A stretch of DNA of 21,196 nucleotides from a virus, in IMG/VR virus record IMGVR_UViG_2667527214_000001. One strand, given 5' to 3'. A program made the translations under genes and the position numbers. This document shows positions 1 through 7,488 of this stretch, piece by piece (position 1 is the stretch's first letter; each line of letters begins with the position of its first letter). The notes beneath the pieces were generated by a model. It saw only the letters and a list, made by a program, of their open reading frames with translations. It was not told the DNA's origin and did not search any database.

Positions 1-1023
1 GTGGTGATCGGAGTGAGTGACGACCTGCAACCGCTTTCCCCGGAGGAAGGCGTCGATCGGTTCCTCCGTCATCACCGCCCCAGTGTCCGCGATACGTCGT
101 TCCGGAACGCGAAACACCGGCTGTCGGTGTTTCTCGAGTGGTGCGACGAGCGGGACATCGAGAACCTGAACACGCTCGATGGGCGTGAACTCGCGGATTT
201 TGTCGATTGGCGACGGGCCGATGTCGCGCCGATCACGCTTCAGAAACAGCTGAGTAGCGTCCGTCAGGCGCTCCGGTGGTGGGCCGATATCGAGGCCGTC
301 GACGAAGGGGTCGCGGAGAAGCTCCACGCTCCGGACCTCCCCGACGGGGCACAGTCCAAGGACGTCTTTTTGGACGCCCAGCGAGCGAAGACCGCGCTCG
401 AGTATTTCGATCGGCATCACTACGGCTCGCGAGATCACGCGCTGATCGCGCTACTCTGGCGGACGGGGATGCGTCGAAGCGCCGCGCAGTCGATCGACGT
501 GGACGACCTCGAGCCGGACGACCACGCGGTCCGTGTGGAACACCGGCCGGAGACGGGAACGACGCTGAAGAACGGCGACGACGGGAACCGCTGGGTCTAT
601 CTCGGCCCGAAGTGGTTCGCCGTTCTGACCGCGTACCGGGATAACCCGGATCGACCGCGAGTTACCGACGATCACGGCCGTCAGCCGCTGTTTACGACCC
701 AACAGGGGACGCGGCCGACGGGCGATACCATCTACAAGTGGGTCGTCCGGGCGCTGCACCCCTGCACGTACGGGGAGTGTCCGCACGACGAGACGCCGCG
801 CTCGTGCGACGCTCGAGGGAGTGATGGTCATCCTGCACAGTGCCCGTCGGCGCGATCGCCCCACGCGATCCGCCGGGGAGCGATCACGCACCATCTCAAC
901 CAGGAGACGACGCCGGAGATCGTCAGCGAGCGGATGGACGTGTCGCTCGAGGTTCTGTACGAACACTACGACGCCCGTACCGAGCGCGAGAAGATGGAAG
1001 TCCGACGAGAGAACCTGCCGTAA
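1..1023 (+). CDS. Tyrosine integrase (SNJ2-like haloarchaeal family), probably terminal gene of an upstream element
   Basis: Catalytic motifs TGMR (R), LKNG (K), PHAIRRG (HxxR), HYD (Y), plus Cys/His cluster HPC..CPH..C..CP. Homologous over its full length to 20183-21196. The true start may be the GTG at 13 (aligns with MSDDL of the paralog). Confidence 0.93.
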   Translation: MVIGVSDDLQPLSPEEGVDRFLRHHRPSVRDTSFRNAKHRLSVFLEWCDERDIENLNTLDGRELADFVDWRRADVAPITLQKQLSSVRQALRWWADIEAVDEGVAEKLHAPDLPDGAQSKDVFLDAQRAKTALEYFDRHHYGSRDHALIALLWRTGMRRSAAQSIDVDDLEPDDHAVRVEHRPETGTTLKNGDDGNRWVYLGPKWFAVLTAYRDNPDRPRVTDDHGRQPLFTTQQGTRPTGDTIYKWVVRALHPCTYGECPHDETPRSCDARGSDGHPAQCPSARSPHAIRRGAITHHLNQETTPEIVSERMDVSLEVLYEHYDARTEREKMEVRRENLP

Positions 1024-1079
1024 CCTATCACAATCATGAGAAAGACGAGCCAAACCGCACGACTCGAAGGGGTTCGAAC

Positions 1080-1094
1080 ATCCCGGCGAGTCCA
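1080..1094 (+). repeat. Putative att core: 3' end of a tRNA-Ala gene (ATCCCGGCGAGTCCA)
   Basis: Reads as end of T-loop (AT), T-stem 3' strand (CCCGG), acceptor 3' strand (CGAGTCC) and discriminator A. CGAGTCC pairs with GGGCTCG giving the G3.U70 alanine determinant. It is preceded by a T-loop-like GGGTTCGAAC and lies 57 bp after an integrase stop. No complete tRNA is present. Confidence 0.65.
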
Positions 1095-1146
1095 TCCCCC
1101 TGTTTTGACATTTCGAACTATCCGCTAAGTCGCATCGTTAGCGCTC

Positions 1147-1163
1147 GAGCAAACAGTTTGCTC
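1147..1163. promoter_or_regulatory. Perfect palindrome GAGCAAAC-A-GTTTGCTC near the att site
   Basis: 8-bp inverted repeat with 1-bp spacer, intergenic, about 50 bp inside the element end. Confidence 0.4.
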
Positions 1164-1261
1164 TCCGGCCCCTGCCGGAAACAACCGGGCAAAAATCCGA
1201 GTGATTCCCCCGAAATCAACCGGGTCGACGCCGTCCGGCGATTAGATCGAAGGAAATCGGG

Positions 1262-1702
1262 GTGGTTCGCGTGAGTACCTTCCAGTCACCATCCGATGGT
1301 GGACCTCTCGACTTCTTGACTGAACGCGACGGCGAGACGGAGTCGTGGGCTCGAGCGGATCCACGCGAGGCGCTGATCGAATCGTTCGGACGGTTCGGCT
1401 ACAAGGTGACGCTCAGAGACGGCGAGAGCGTCCACTACTGCGCGCTCGGGATCGAGGACGGCGAGTACATCGGGCGGTGCGACTGCAAGGGCTGGGAGTA
1501 TCACGACGGTCCGTGTGCCCATCTCTGCACACTCCGCAAAGCCGACTTCCTCGAGCTGATCGACGTGGCGTCGACCGACGGCAGTCCCGACGACGAACAC
1601 GAGATGCGACACGCGACCAACGAGGCGCTCGAGGGCGAACCCCACGACGGGGCGATCGAACGATCACGCGACTACGAGCGGGAGATGGAGGGTCGCGCAT
1701 GA
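1262..1702 (+). CDS. SWIM zinc-finger protein
   Basis: CDC-x9-CAH (RCDCKGWEYHDGPCAHLCTL) fits the SWIM CxC...CxH signature. Acidic composition; GTG start. Confidence 0.75.
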   Translation: MVRVSTFQSPSDGGPLDFLTERDGETESWARADPREALIESFGRFGYKVTLRDGESVHYCALGIEDGEYIGRCDCKGWEYHDGPCAHLCTLRKADFLELIDVASTDGSPDDEHEMRHATNEALEGEPHDGAIERSRDYEREMEGRA

Positions 1703-1823
1703 CGCGCACGCACACCCGCGCGATAGCCGCCTCCGTAGGCATCCCCACCCCCCTTGCATACGAACTGTACATCCCGACGCCGTCTGCGTATTCACGGGAT
1801 ATGCAAATCGGGGTGAACCACTG

Positions 1824-2285
1824 ATGGGACGGATGGATCACGACCCCTCGAGCCGCGTCTCGTTCGGCTGTCCCGACGAGTTGCTCGAGACGCTCGACGA
1901 GATCGCCGACCGCGAGGACATGAACCGAAGCGAGAAGCTTCGCGAGCTGGTCCAGAAAGAAGTCGAGGCGAAGGGGGATCTCGACGCGCCCCAGCCGGTC
2001 CTTCCCGACGACGAACGACTCGCCGAGGCGTACCGCATCCTCCACGAGCGGGCGTCGGCTCCGCACAAGGACAAGCGCCGCGTCAAACTCGAGATGGCCA
2101 AGAACAAGCTCTACGACAACACCACACCCAAGAGCGCCGTCCTCGACGAGATCATCAAGCCCCTCGAAAGTGAGGGATACGTCTCGGTGTGGGCGGGGAA
2201 CCAGCACGTCTGGGTGATCGTCCCGCCGATGCGCTACACCGACGGTGAGGATACCGTCGAACCGGGCGAAAAAGCAGTCGCGTAA
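1824..2285 (+). CDS. CopG/ribbon-helix-helix N-terminal domain protein with probable C-terminal winged-helix domain
   Basis: RVSFGCPDELLETLDEIADREDMNRSEKLRELV is a classic RHH pattern. The C-terminal half (helix, then IIKPLESEGYVSV..HVWV) resembles a wHTH. Confidence 0.75.
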   Translation: MGRMDHDPSSRVSFGCPDELLETLDEIADREDMNRSEKLRELVQKEVEAKGDLDAPQPVLPDDERLAEAYRILHERASAPHKDKRRVKLEMAKNKLYDNTTPKSAVLDEIIKPLESEGYVSVWAGNQHVWVIVPPMRYTDGEDTVEPGEKAVA

Positions 2286-2320
2286 GCGCCTCTCGTCGCT
2301 TTTCTCTATTCGACCGCCGT

Positions 2321-3001
2321 TTACCGAAGCGAGCCGCCCATTTCAGTCCCTGGCCCGGCGTACAGCCCGGTCAACTTGCGCGGCTCGAAGACGAGAACGA
2401 CATCGTTCTCGGAGGGACCGATCTCCACGTCGACCGGCGTGTACCAGGTATAGTCGACGCCCTCTCGTCCGGAGTTGGCGACGAGGACGAAGTCGTCGTA
2501 GTTCGAGCGGAGCGTATAGACGGTAAACGTCCCGTCGTCCGCGACCGGGCCGACCGTGGGGAGATCACCCATTGCCATGATGTACTTCGCGTCACCGAGG
2601 GGGTTTCCGTCCGTATCGATCGCGATGCCCCGCAGTGAGCGGAAATACGAGCCCGGAATGAGTGTGGTCTGCTCGAGGGAGACACCGAACGATGAACGTG
2701 TCTGTGGGGTCCGTCGGGCTACCCCTGCACCCAGTGGGTCAAAGGGAACTGACCGCCGAAGTGGCGTATTTTCCGCTCCAAGCCGTGCGGTCGTGGTGAA
2801 CCCTGTCGTTGGGTCTGTAGACAGCGGGACGGGCGATCGAGTCCGCTGTGCCGATGAGGCACGTCCGTCCCCCGCTCGAGAGTCGAACGCTACCGTCTGC
2901 CTGACCGGATCGTTCGACGGACTGAGACGGGAGATCGTCGTGAGCGGTGTCGTCGCTATGCCGCCGTTGTCCATCGCAGCAGCGGTGGTGAGCGTGACCA
3001 T
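2321..3001 (-). CDS. Putative virion vertex/spike-associated protein with C-terminal beta-sandwich (carboxypeptidase-regulatory-like pattern)
   Basis: Last gene of the minus-strand structural operon. LRGIAIDTDGNPLGDA...VADDGTFTV pattern. The N-terminal half is Thr/Ser/Arg/Pro-rich. Confidence 0.55.
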   Translation of the reverse strand: MVTLTTAAAMDNGGIATTPLTTISRLSPSNDPVRQTVAFDSRAGDGRASSAQRTRSPVPLSTDPTTGFTTTARLGAENTPLRRSVPFDPLGAGVARRTPQTRSSFGVSLEQTTLIPGSYFRSLRGIAIDTDGNPLGDAKYIMAMGDLPTVGPVADDGTFTVYTLRSNYDDFVLVANSGREGVDYTWYTPVDVEIGPSENDVVLVFEPRKLTGLYAGPGTEMGGSLR

Positions 3002-3003
3002 GG

Positions 3004-3999
3004 TTATTCGTTCCGTAGACCGGCGCTGACGACGTTATTGCGGCTTGCTCCCGACTGCTTGAAGACCTTGTAGCTCGTGCCGTCGTGAGTGAAATCGTCG
3101 CCGTGTGCGCCGCCCTCCTGGGCATCGTTTGGGACGGCCTCGTTGAGGTATGCGACGGGCACGCTTTGATTCGTGTTCTTGTAGACCGCCGGATAGCGGA
3201 AGAAGAACGTGTCGTCCTCGCTCGAGGGGTTGATGATTCCCCAGTCGGCTGCCTCGAGGGGCGCGGAACCGTGGCCGACTGCGTCCACGTCGAAGGTTCG
3301 GGATTGCGACCAGTAGGAATTGAATCCGTAGGCCACGCTGTGGCACCGGAACGAGGTTCGAGTCGCCGCGAGGAACGGGACGGATGGATCGTCGAAGAAT
3401 CGACTACCGAGGTAGTCGAAGACGGTCATACAGGCGATCCCGTTGTTGCCGTCGTTGTCGTTCCAGAGACCGATGTTGAATCCGTCGGCGTTCACGGACA
3501 TGATGTAGCTGACGCTCGTTCCCCGGAGTACGTCTCGATTCAGGGAATTCGAGCTGCCCCAGATACCGTACGTGGAACCGTTGTACCGGTCGTACGACTG
3601 GGTGACTACGTCGGTGTAGCTATCGCGAAGTTGGAAGCCGACGTTGTTCGTGAGGTCGTTCGCATCGGCGTTGCCGATGTTCGTGTCGCCGGCTGGGTAG
3701 TGTTCGGACGTATTCCAGTCCGACGAGTAGACGAGCCGAACGCCCGACACATCGTCGTTGTCGTGATTGTCGAATCGGGAATGGTGGAGGTACAACAGCA
3801 GGTAGGTCCCAGTGTTGGTGTCCTCGAGGACGCGGCCGTTGTTGTGCCACTCCGTTCCGTCTTCGTCGTCTGTCTTCCCAGTACCGTCGTTCTGGACGTA
3901 GCTGTCAGCGTCACTCCAGTTATCGAATCCTGTGAGTGCGCCGACGAGATCGTCGATGAACGTCGCGTAGTCTGCGGTCTTTTCTCCGATAGTAGTCAT
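3004..3999 (-). CDS. Putative spike/receptor-binding virion protein
   Basis: 331 aa, Asn/Asp/Thr/Tyr/Gly-rich, beta-strand-like, at the distal end of the structural operon. ATGA-coupled to the upstream gene. Function inferred from position only. Confidence 0.6.
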   Translation of the reverse strand: MTTIGEKTADYATFIDDLVGALTGFDNWSDADSYVQNDGTGKTDDEDGTEWHNNGRVLEDTNTGTYLLLYLHHSRFDNHDNDDVSGVRLVYSSDWNTSEHYPAGDTNIGNADANDLTNNVGFQLRDSYTDVVTQSYDRYNGSTYGIWGSSNSLNRDVLRGTSVSYIMSVNADGFNIGLWNDNDGNNGIACMTVFDYLGSRFFDDPSVPFLAATRTSFRCHSVAYGFNSYWSQSRTFDVDAVGHGSAPLEAADWGIINPSSEDDTFFFRYPAVYKNTNQSVPVAYLNEAVPNDAQEGGAHGDDFTHDGTSYKVFKQSGASRNNVVSAGLRNE

Positions 4000-4472
4000 T
4001 TGTTGGCTTTGACGATTACCTGCGTGTCGTTCGTGTCGTCGCTACGCTTCCGAATCCAAGCGCTCGAGGCACCGAGCCCGCCCGGCGGAGCTTCGTGGTA
4101 CGGAGCGTTGCCCGGCTCGAGCGGGATCTTGCGATAGTCGCCGTCCGAGCGGAACGCGACGTAAATCGGTTCGGTGAATCCCCAGATCGTCACAGAGGAG
4201 GCTGGGAACCCCCAGTTGAGCCGTTCCTCGTCGGTCGAGGTCACCGCGAGCGGGCTTTCCGTGACGAAGTACGCCGCCTCCTGGCTGTCGTCCGCTTCGG
4301 GGTTGAGCGCCTCGACCGCGTTCTCCCCCCGATGCTCGAGCAACAGTGCGAGTAGCAGCCGCTCAGTGTCGCTCTCGACGAGGTCTTCGCCCCACGACGA
4401 GGCTCCGACGCCGTAGTCCTCGAGGACGCGCTCGATCGGGCTGTTGGGGCCGACCGTCGAGGAGCCGATCAC
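3996..4472 (-). CDS. Hypothetical virion protein (158 aa; penton/vertex candidate)
   Basis: Start corrected to the GTG at 4472, which overlaps the upstream stop (GTGA). Acidic, with a beta-rich C-terminal half. Confidence 0.6.
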   Translation of the reverse strand: MIGSSTVGPNSPIERVLEDYGVGASSWGEDLVESDTERLLLALLLEHRGENAVEALNPEADDSQEAAYFVTESPLAVTSTDEERLNWGFPASSVTIWGFTEPIYVAFRSDGDYRKIPLEPGNAPYHEAPPGGLGASSAWIRKRSDDTNDTQVIVKANK

Positions 4473-4684
4473 GATGCATCCCCCTCCTGCTCGCCGCCGT
4501 CGGTCGCGACCGTCCGCACGTCGCGCCGGAGATCGCGCACGGCAGCCGTGTGTTCTTGGATCGCCTCGAGCCACTTGCTCCGCTCCTCGCGGCGTTGGTC
4601 GCGTTCTTTCAGGTAGAGGCGGTACATGAGCAGGAACGCGACGGTCGGGAAGCCGAAGTTGTTGAGCAAGGCGGTGGGTTCCAT
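4469..4684 (-). CDS. Small membrane protein, holin-like (YvrJ/BhlA-type topology)
   Basis: One N-terminal hydrophobic helix (NNFGFPTVAFLLMYRLY) followed by a charged coiled-coil; 71 aa. Confidence 0.6.
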   Translation of the reverse strand: MEPTALLNNFGFPTVAFLLMYRLYLKERDQRREERSKWLEAIQEHTAAVRDLRRDVRTVATDGGEQEGDAS

Positions 4685-4685
4685 T

Positions 4686-5390
4686 CTAGATCAGCCCTCC
4701 GGTGAGGTTGCCCACGGCGTCGCCGGCACCGTCGACGAGGTTGCCGCCGGCATCGGTCGCACCGTCGACAAGGTTCCCACCAGCGTCGGTCGCGCCGTCG
4801 ACGAGGTCGCCGCCGGCGTCGGCCGCGTCGTCACCGGCACCCATCAGACCGCCGAAGAGGTCGCCGCCGGCGTCGGTGACGCCGTCGAAGGTGTCGCCGA
4901 TCGTATCGCCGACACCGTCCGCGGAATCGGTCACGCCGTCCCACGTGTCACCAAGGACATCGCCACCGAAGTCGCTCGCGCCGTCCGCGAGGTCGGTCGC
5001 GCCGCCCCACACGTCGCCGATCGCGCCGCCGATCCCGCCGGCCGCGTCGGTCGAGCCGCCCCAGATGTCACCGACCGCGCCGCCGACACCGGCCGCGGCG
5101 TCGCCAGCTCCACCGGCAGCGTTGGTCGTCCCGCCGACTATGTTGCCGAGCGCGTCGCCGATCCCGTCGGCGGTCTGGCCGGGCCCGCGCATCATCTGCA
5201 TCCAGCGATAGACGACGTAGCCGACGATCGCGACACCGATGACCATCGCGATGTTGAAGCCCTTGCTGTCCTTGGCCGCGTCGCCGAGATTGTCGGCGAC
5301 ATCGCTCATCGCCTCTGCGGCGGGCTCGGCAGCGTCGCCGGCCTTGTCGGCCGCTTCACCGGCGGCCAGGGCCGCTGCAGGTCCCGGCAT
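4686..5390 (-). CDS. Gly/Ala/Asp-rich membrane-anchored virion protein with 11-residue repeats
   Basis: TM segment FNIAMVIGVAIVGYVVYRW; repeats DAGG(D/N)LVDGA(T/G); GGAGGTGA SD upstream. Confidence 0.8.
   Translation of the reverse strand: MPGPAAALAAGEAADKAGDAAEPAAEAMSDVADNLGDAAKDSKGFNIAMVIGVAIVGYVVYRWMQMMRGPGQTADGIGDALGNIVGGTTNAAGGAGDAAAGVGGAVGDIWGGSTDAAGGIGGAIGDVWGGATDLADGASDFGGDVLGDTWDGVTDSADGVGDTIGDTFDGVTDAGGDLFGGLMGAGDDAADAGGDLVDGATDAGGNLVDGATDAGGNLVDGAGDAVGNLTGGLI
4731..4829. repeat. 33-bp tandem repeat (3 imperfect copies) within the CDS
   Basis: GTCGAC(G/A)AGGT recurs at 4731, 4764 and 4797. Confidence 0.85.
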
Positions 5391-5449
5391 CTATCTCACC
5401 TCCCTGTCGATACCGTCGGTGGGGCCTGTGAGCCCCTGCGTGTGTGCGT

Positions 5450-5692
5450 TCATGATCGGATCGTGACGAACACCAGCAGCACCACCTGCAGCGCCAGCAG
5501 GGCGATCATGATGTCGTCCTGCGTCCACTGCGTGCCGTAGACGAGCCGCGCCGTCGGACTCTCCGGCGGCTGCTGGGATTGATTCTGATTCGCCGGGCTC
5601 GAGGTCGTGGTCGCGGTGGGTTCCGACGACGTTCCCGTCGCGGTGACCGCAAGCTCGCCGGGTTCGGTTCCTTCCGAAAGACCGCCCTGCAC
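5450..5692 (-). CDS. Small membrane protein (C-terminal TM helix), probable virion membrane component
   Basis: Thr/Ser/Gln-rich N-terminus and IMIALLALQVVLLVFVTI; directly downstream of the large MCP gene. Confidence 0.7.
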   Translation of the reverse strand: MQGGLSEGTEPGELAVTATGTSSEPTATTTSSPANQNQSQQPPESPTARLVYGTQWTQDDIMIALLALQVVLLVFVTIRS

Positions 5693-5698
5693 GGGAGA

Positions 5699-6436
5699 TC
5701 ACCCCGTGACTCCGATCATGTCCTGCTTGACGCGCGTCCCCAGCCCCTCGATGCGGGCCTCGGTCTGGAACCGCGGCAGCGAGAGCAGGGCGTTGTTCGC
5801 TCGAGGCGTCCCGTTGGCCCGTTCGGGGGCCTCGAACGCGACCTTGTACGGCGCGTCGACAGCGACCTGCAGGCGGAACTTGCGGGGGACGTACGGCTGC
5901 AGCGGCGTCCGATCGAAGCCGAACGTGATTTCCTGCTGGGCCTGATCGCGAGTGTGCAGAATCGCCGTCTGTGCCTCCTTGAGCGTCTGGTTGACCTTGC
6001 CGCCCGCGCCGGGTGCGGTCTTGCGGATCTCGACCGACGCCGGGTTGCGAGCGACGTAGAAGACGTCGAGGTCGGTGTCAGTCCCGCTCGACGTGTAGTC
6101 GAAGGCGTTGGCGTCGTAGTCGACGCTGTCGGGCTGGACGACCGCTCCATCCTCCCACAGCAGGAAGTCCTGGGTCGTCGGGCTCTCGATCAGGTTGTGG
6201 CCGAGTTCGAACGTCTCGGAGTTGTCGGCCGTCCCGTCGGTCGCGAAGTGTTCGTGTGCCGGAAGAACGAGCCGAAGCTCGCTGTCCGGGTCGTCCCGGA
6301 GCTGGAGCGCCCGCCCAGTCTCGATCTCCGCGACGACCGACTCCTCTCCCGGGGTTCCCGCTTGGGTGTTGAACTCACGGAGAGAGACGCTGCCAGGGAC
6401 CCAGTCGGCCGACTTGAGTTGCCTCTTGACCGACAT
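5699..6436 (-). CDS. Large major capsid protein (SH1 VP4 / P23-77 VP17-like, single jelly roll with turret)
   Basis: 245 aa, acidic, beta-rich, with PDSVDYDAN resembling the D.VDY.A segment of VP4-type MCPs as I recall it. Directly follows and overlaps the VP7-like gene, as in Halopanivirales. Confidence 0.75.
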   Translation of the reverse strand: MSVKRQLKSADWVPGSVSLREFNTQAGTPGEESVVAEIETGRALQLRDDPDSELRLVLPAHEHFATDGTADNSETFELGHNLIESPTTQDFLLWEDGAVVQPDSVDYDANAFDYTSSGTDTDLDVFYVARNPASVEIRKTAPGAGGKVNQTLKEAQTAILHTRDQAQQEITFGFDRTPLQPYVPRKFRLQVAVDAPYKVAFEAPERANGTPRANNALLSLPRFQTEARIEGLGTRVKQDMIGVTG

Positions 6437-6927
6437 TACTCGAGGTCCACCTCCGCCAGCGCCGACTCCTCGAAGTAGATCTCACTCTGCGAGTGGTCGA
6501 TCTGGGCCGACGACTCGACGAGGAGATACGCCTCGTCGATGTCGCGGACCTCGAGGCCGTTCCCCTTGAGGGCGTGCTTGATCGCGTCGACTTTCCGGTC
6601 GTCCTGCTGGTCCGAGACTGAGTTCTTGATGTAGCTCGCGATGGTCGACTTCGGATCAGAAACGACCTGAATCGACTCGTCGGTCGGTGCCTGGTACCCG
6701 ATCGCGACGCGGGTACTGGCCGGCATCGGATTCCCGTTCGTGTCGACGAACTTCCCGTAGATCGGGATGCCGGCCTTGTCGCCTACGTCGACGCGGTTGC
6801 GGAAGAGGACGCCGACGCCGTCTTTGGGGTTGATCGACAGCACCGGAGTGAGTTGGTCCGGCGTGTTCGTCTGCGTCTCGACATACTTGCTCGAGTCGCC
6901 GAGGGCGGCGTACAGTTGCAGACTCAT
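6436..6927 (-). CDS. Small major capsid protein (SH1 VP7 / P23-77 VP16-like single jelly roll)
   Basis: 163 aa. VLSINPKDG..., PIYGKFVDTNGNPMPASTRV matches the P..x.F.DSNG..L..STRV segment recalled from SH1-type VP7. Sits between a small membrane-protein gene and the larger MCP. Confidence 0.8.
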   Translation of the reverse strand: MSLQLYAALGDSSKYVETQTNTPDQLTPVLSINPKDGVGVLFRNRVDVGDKAGIPIYGKFVDTNGNPMPASTRVAIGYQAPTDESIQVVSDPKSTIASYIKNSVSDQQDDRKVDAIKHALKGNGLEVRDIDEAYLLVESSAQIDHSQSEIYFEESALAEVDLE

Positions 6928-7203
6928 CTACGCCAGCACCTCGTTGATCATGCCCTGAGCGTTGAAGCGCTCGGCAGCCTCGCGGACGGCGAATGCGCCC
7001 GATCCGAGGGTGAATGCTCGGTTGTTGACGACCATCTCGCCGACAGCCATCCCACCGATACCGAAGATTTCCGACGGGAGCATCGTCCCCGTCGCGGTGT
7101 CGACGAGGTACGGAACGAGGTAGCCGCCCGCGACGAAGCCGACATCCATCCACACGTCACTGTCAGTCAGGACCTCCGTGGCCTGATCGAATTGCATTGC
7201 CAT
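6928..7203 (-). CDS. Major membrane protein candidate (91 aa, two hydrophobic segments)
   Basis: DVGFVAGGYLVPYLVD and IFGIGGMAVGEMVV...FTLGSGAFAV. First gene after a TATA-like promoter; position matches the small membrane protein preceding MCPs in SH1/SNJ1-type viruses. Confidence 0.75.
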   Translation of the reverse strand: MAMQFDQATEVLTDSDVWMDVGFVAGGYLVPYLVDTATGTMLPSEIFGIGGMAVGEMVVNNRAFTLGSGAFAVREAAERFNAQGMINEVLA

Positions 7204-7231
7204 GCGACCCGACCAAACAGCCGAAAACAGG

Positions 7232-7237
7232 AATAAG
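7232..7237 (-). promoter_or_regulatory. TATA-like box (CTTATT) for a leaderless capsid-operon transcript
   Basis: Located 29-34 bp upstream of the ATG at 7203, the normal haloarchaeal spacing for leaderless mRNA. Confidence 0.55.
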
Positions 7238-7249
7238 AGCGCGTTAGAA

Positions 7250-7305
7250 CCGCAGTCAGCCGACGCGGACCGCAGCGGTTGCCCGCAGTTGCCCGCGGAC
7301 CGCCG
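7250..7305. repeat. Array of short direct repeats upstream of the capsid promoter
   Basis: CCGCAG at 7250, 7270 and 7283; CGCGGACCGC at 7264 and 7294; GTTGCCCGC at 7278 and 7288. Confidence 0.7.
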
Positions 7306-7482
7306 TCACGGCCGCGGCCGCTGTCGGCCACGATCGTCCTCGAGGTCCTGTTCGAAGTCCGCCATCAGGGCCCCAACGACATCGGCCCGCGAAAGTTCGT
7401 GACCGCGACGGTCCTCGAGGCGATCTTGAATCCGTTCGAACTGGTCGGCCTTGCTCCCGCGGAGCGTGATGTCGGTTCTCAT
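7306..7482 (-). CDS. Small ribbon-helix-helix-like regulator (58 aa; not in the ORF track)
   Basis: Translated by hand: MRTDITLRGSKADQFERIQDRLEDRRGHELSRADVVGALMADFEQDLEDDRGRQRPRP. Beta-strand, helix, SRADVV helix pattern; starts 6 bp after the ATPase stop. Confidence 0.7.
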   Translation of the reverse strand: MRTDITLRGSKADQFERIQDRLEDRRGHELSRADVVGALMADFEQDLEDDRGRQRPRP

Positions 7483-7488
7483 CGTGAG

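Noticed and set aside
1040-1094. Possible complete tRNA gene
   Set aside because: Only the 3' 15 nt fit. No matching 5' acceptor strand (GGGCTCG), D-arm or anticodon arm lies upstream, so it is treated as an att remnant.
1699-1824. 41-aa ORF MTRTHTRA... bridging the SWIM and RHH genes, with a twice-repeated IPTP/ATCCC motif
   Set aside because: Non-acidic composition and no motif; more likely intergenic regulatory DNA. The overlaps alone were insufficient to call it.
4626-5540. 304-aa plus-strand ORF with its own 11-mer periodicity (VDEVAAGIGRT...)
   Set aside because: Antisense shadow of the repeat-containing 4686-5390 gene. That gene has an SD, a TM segment and operon context; high GC explains the lack of stops.
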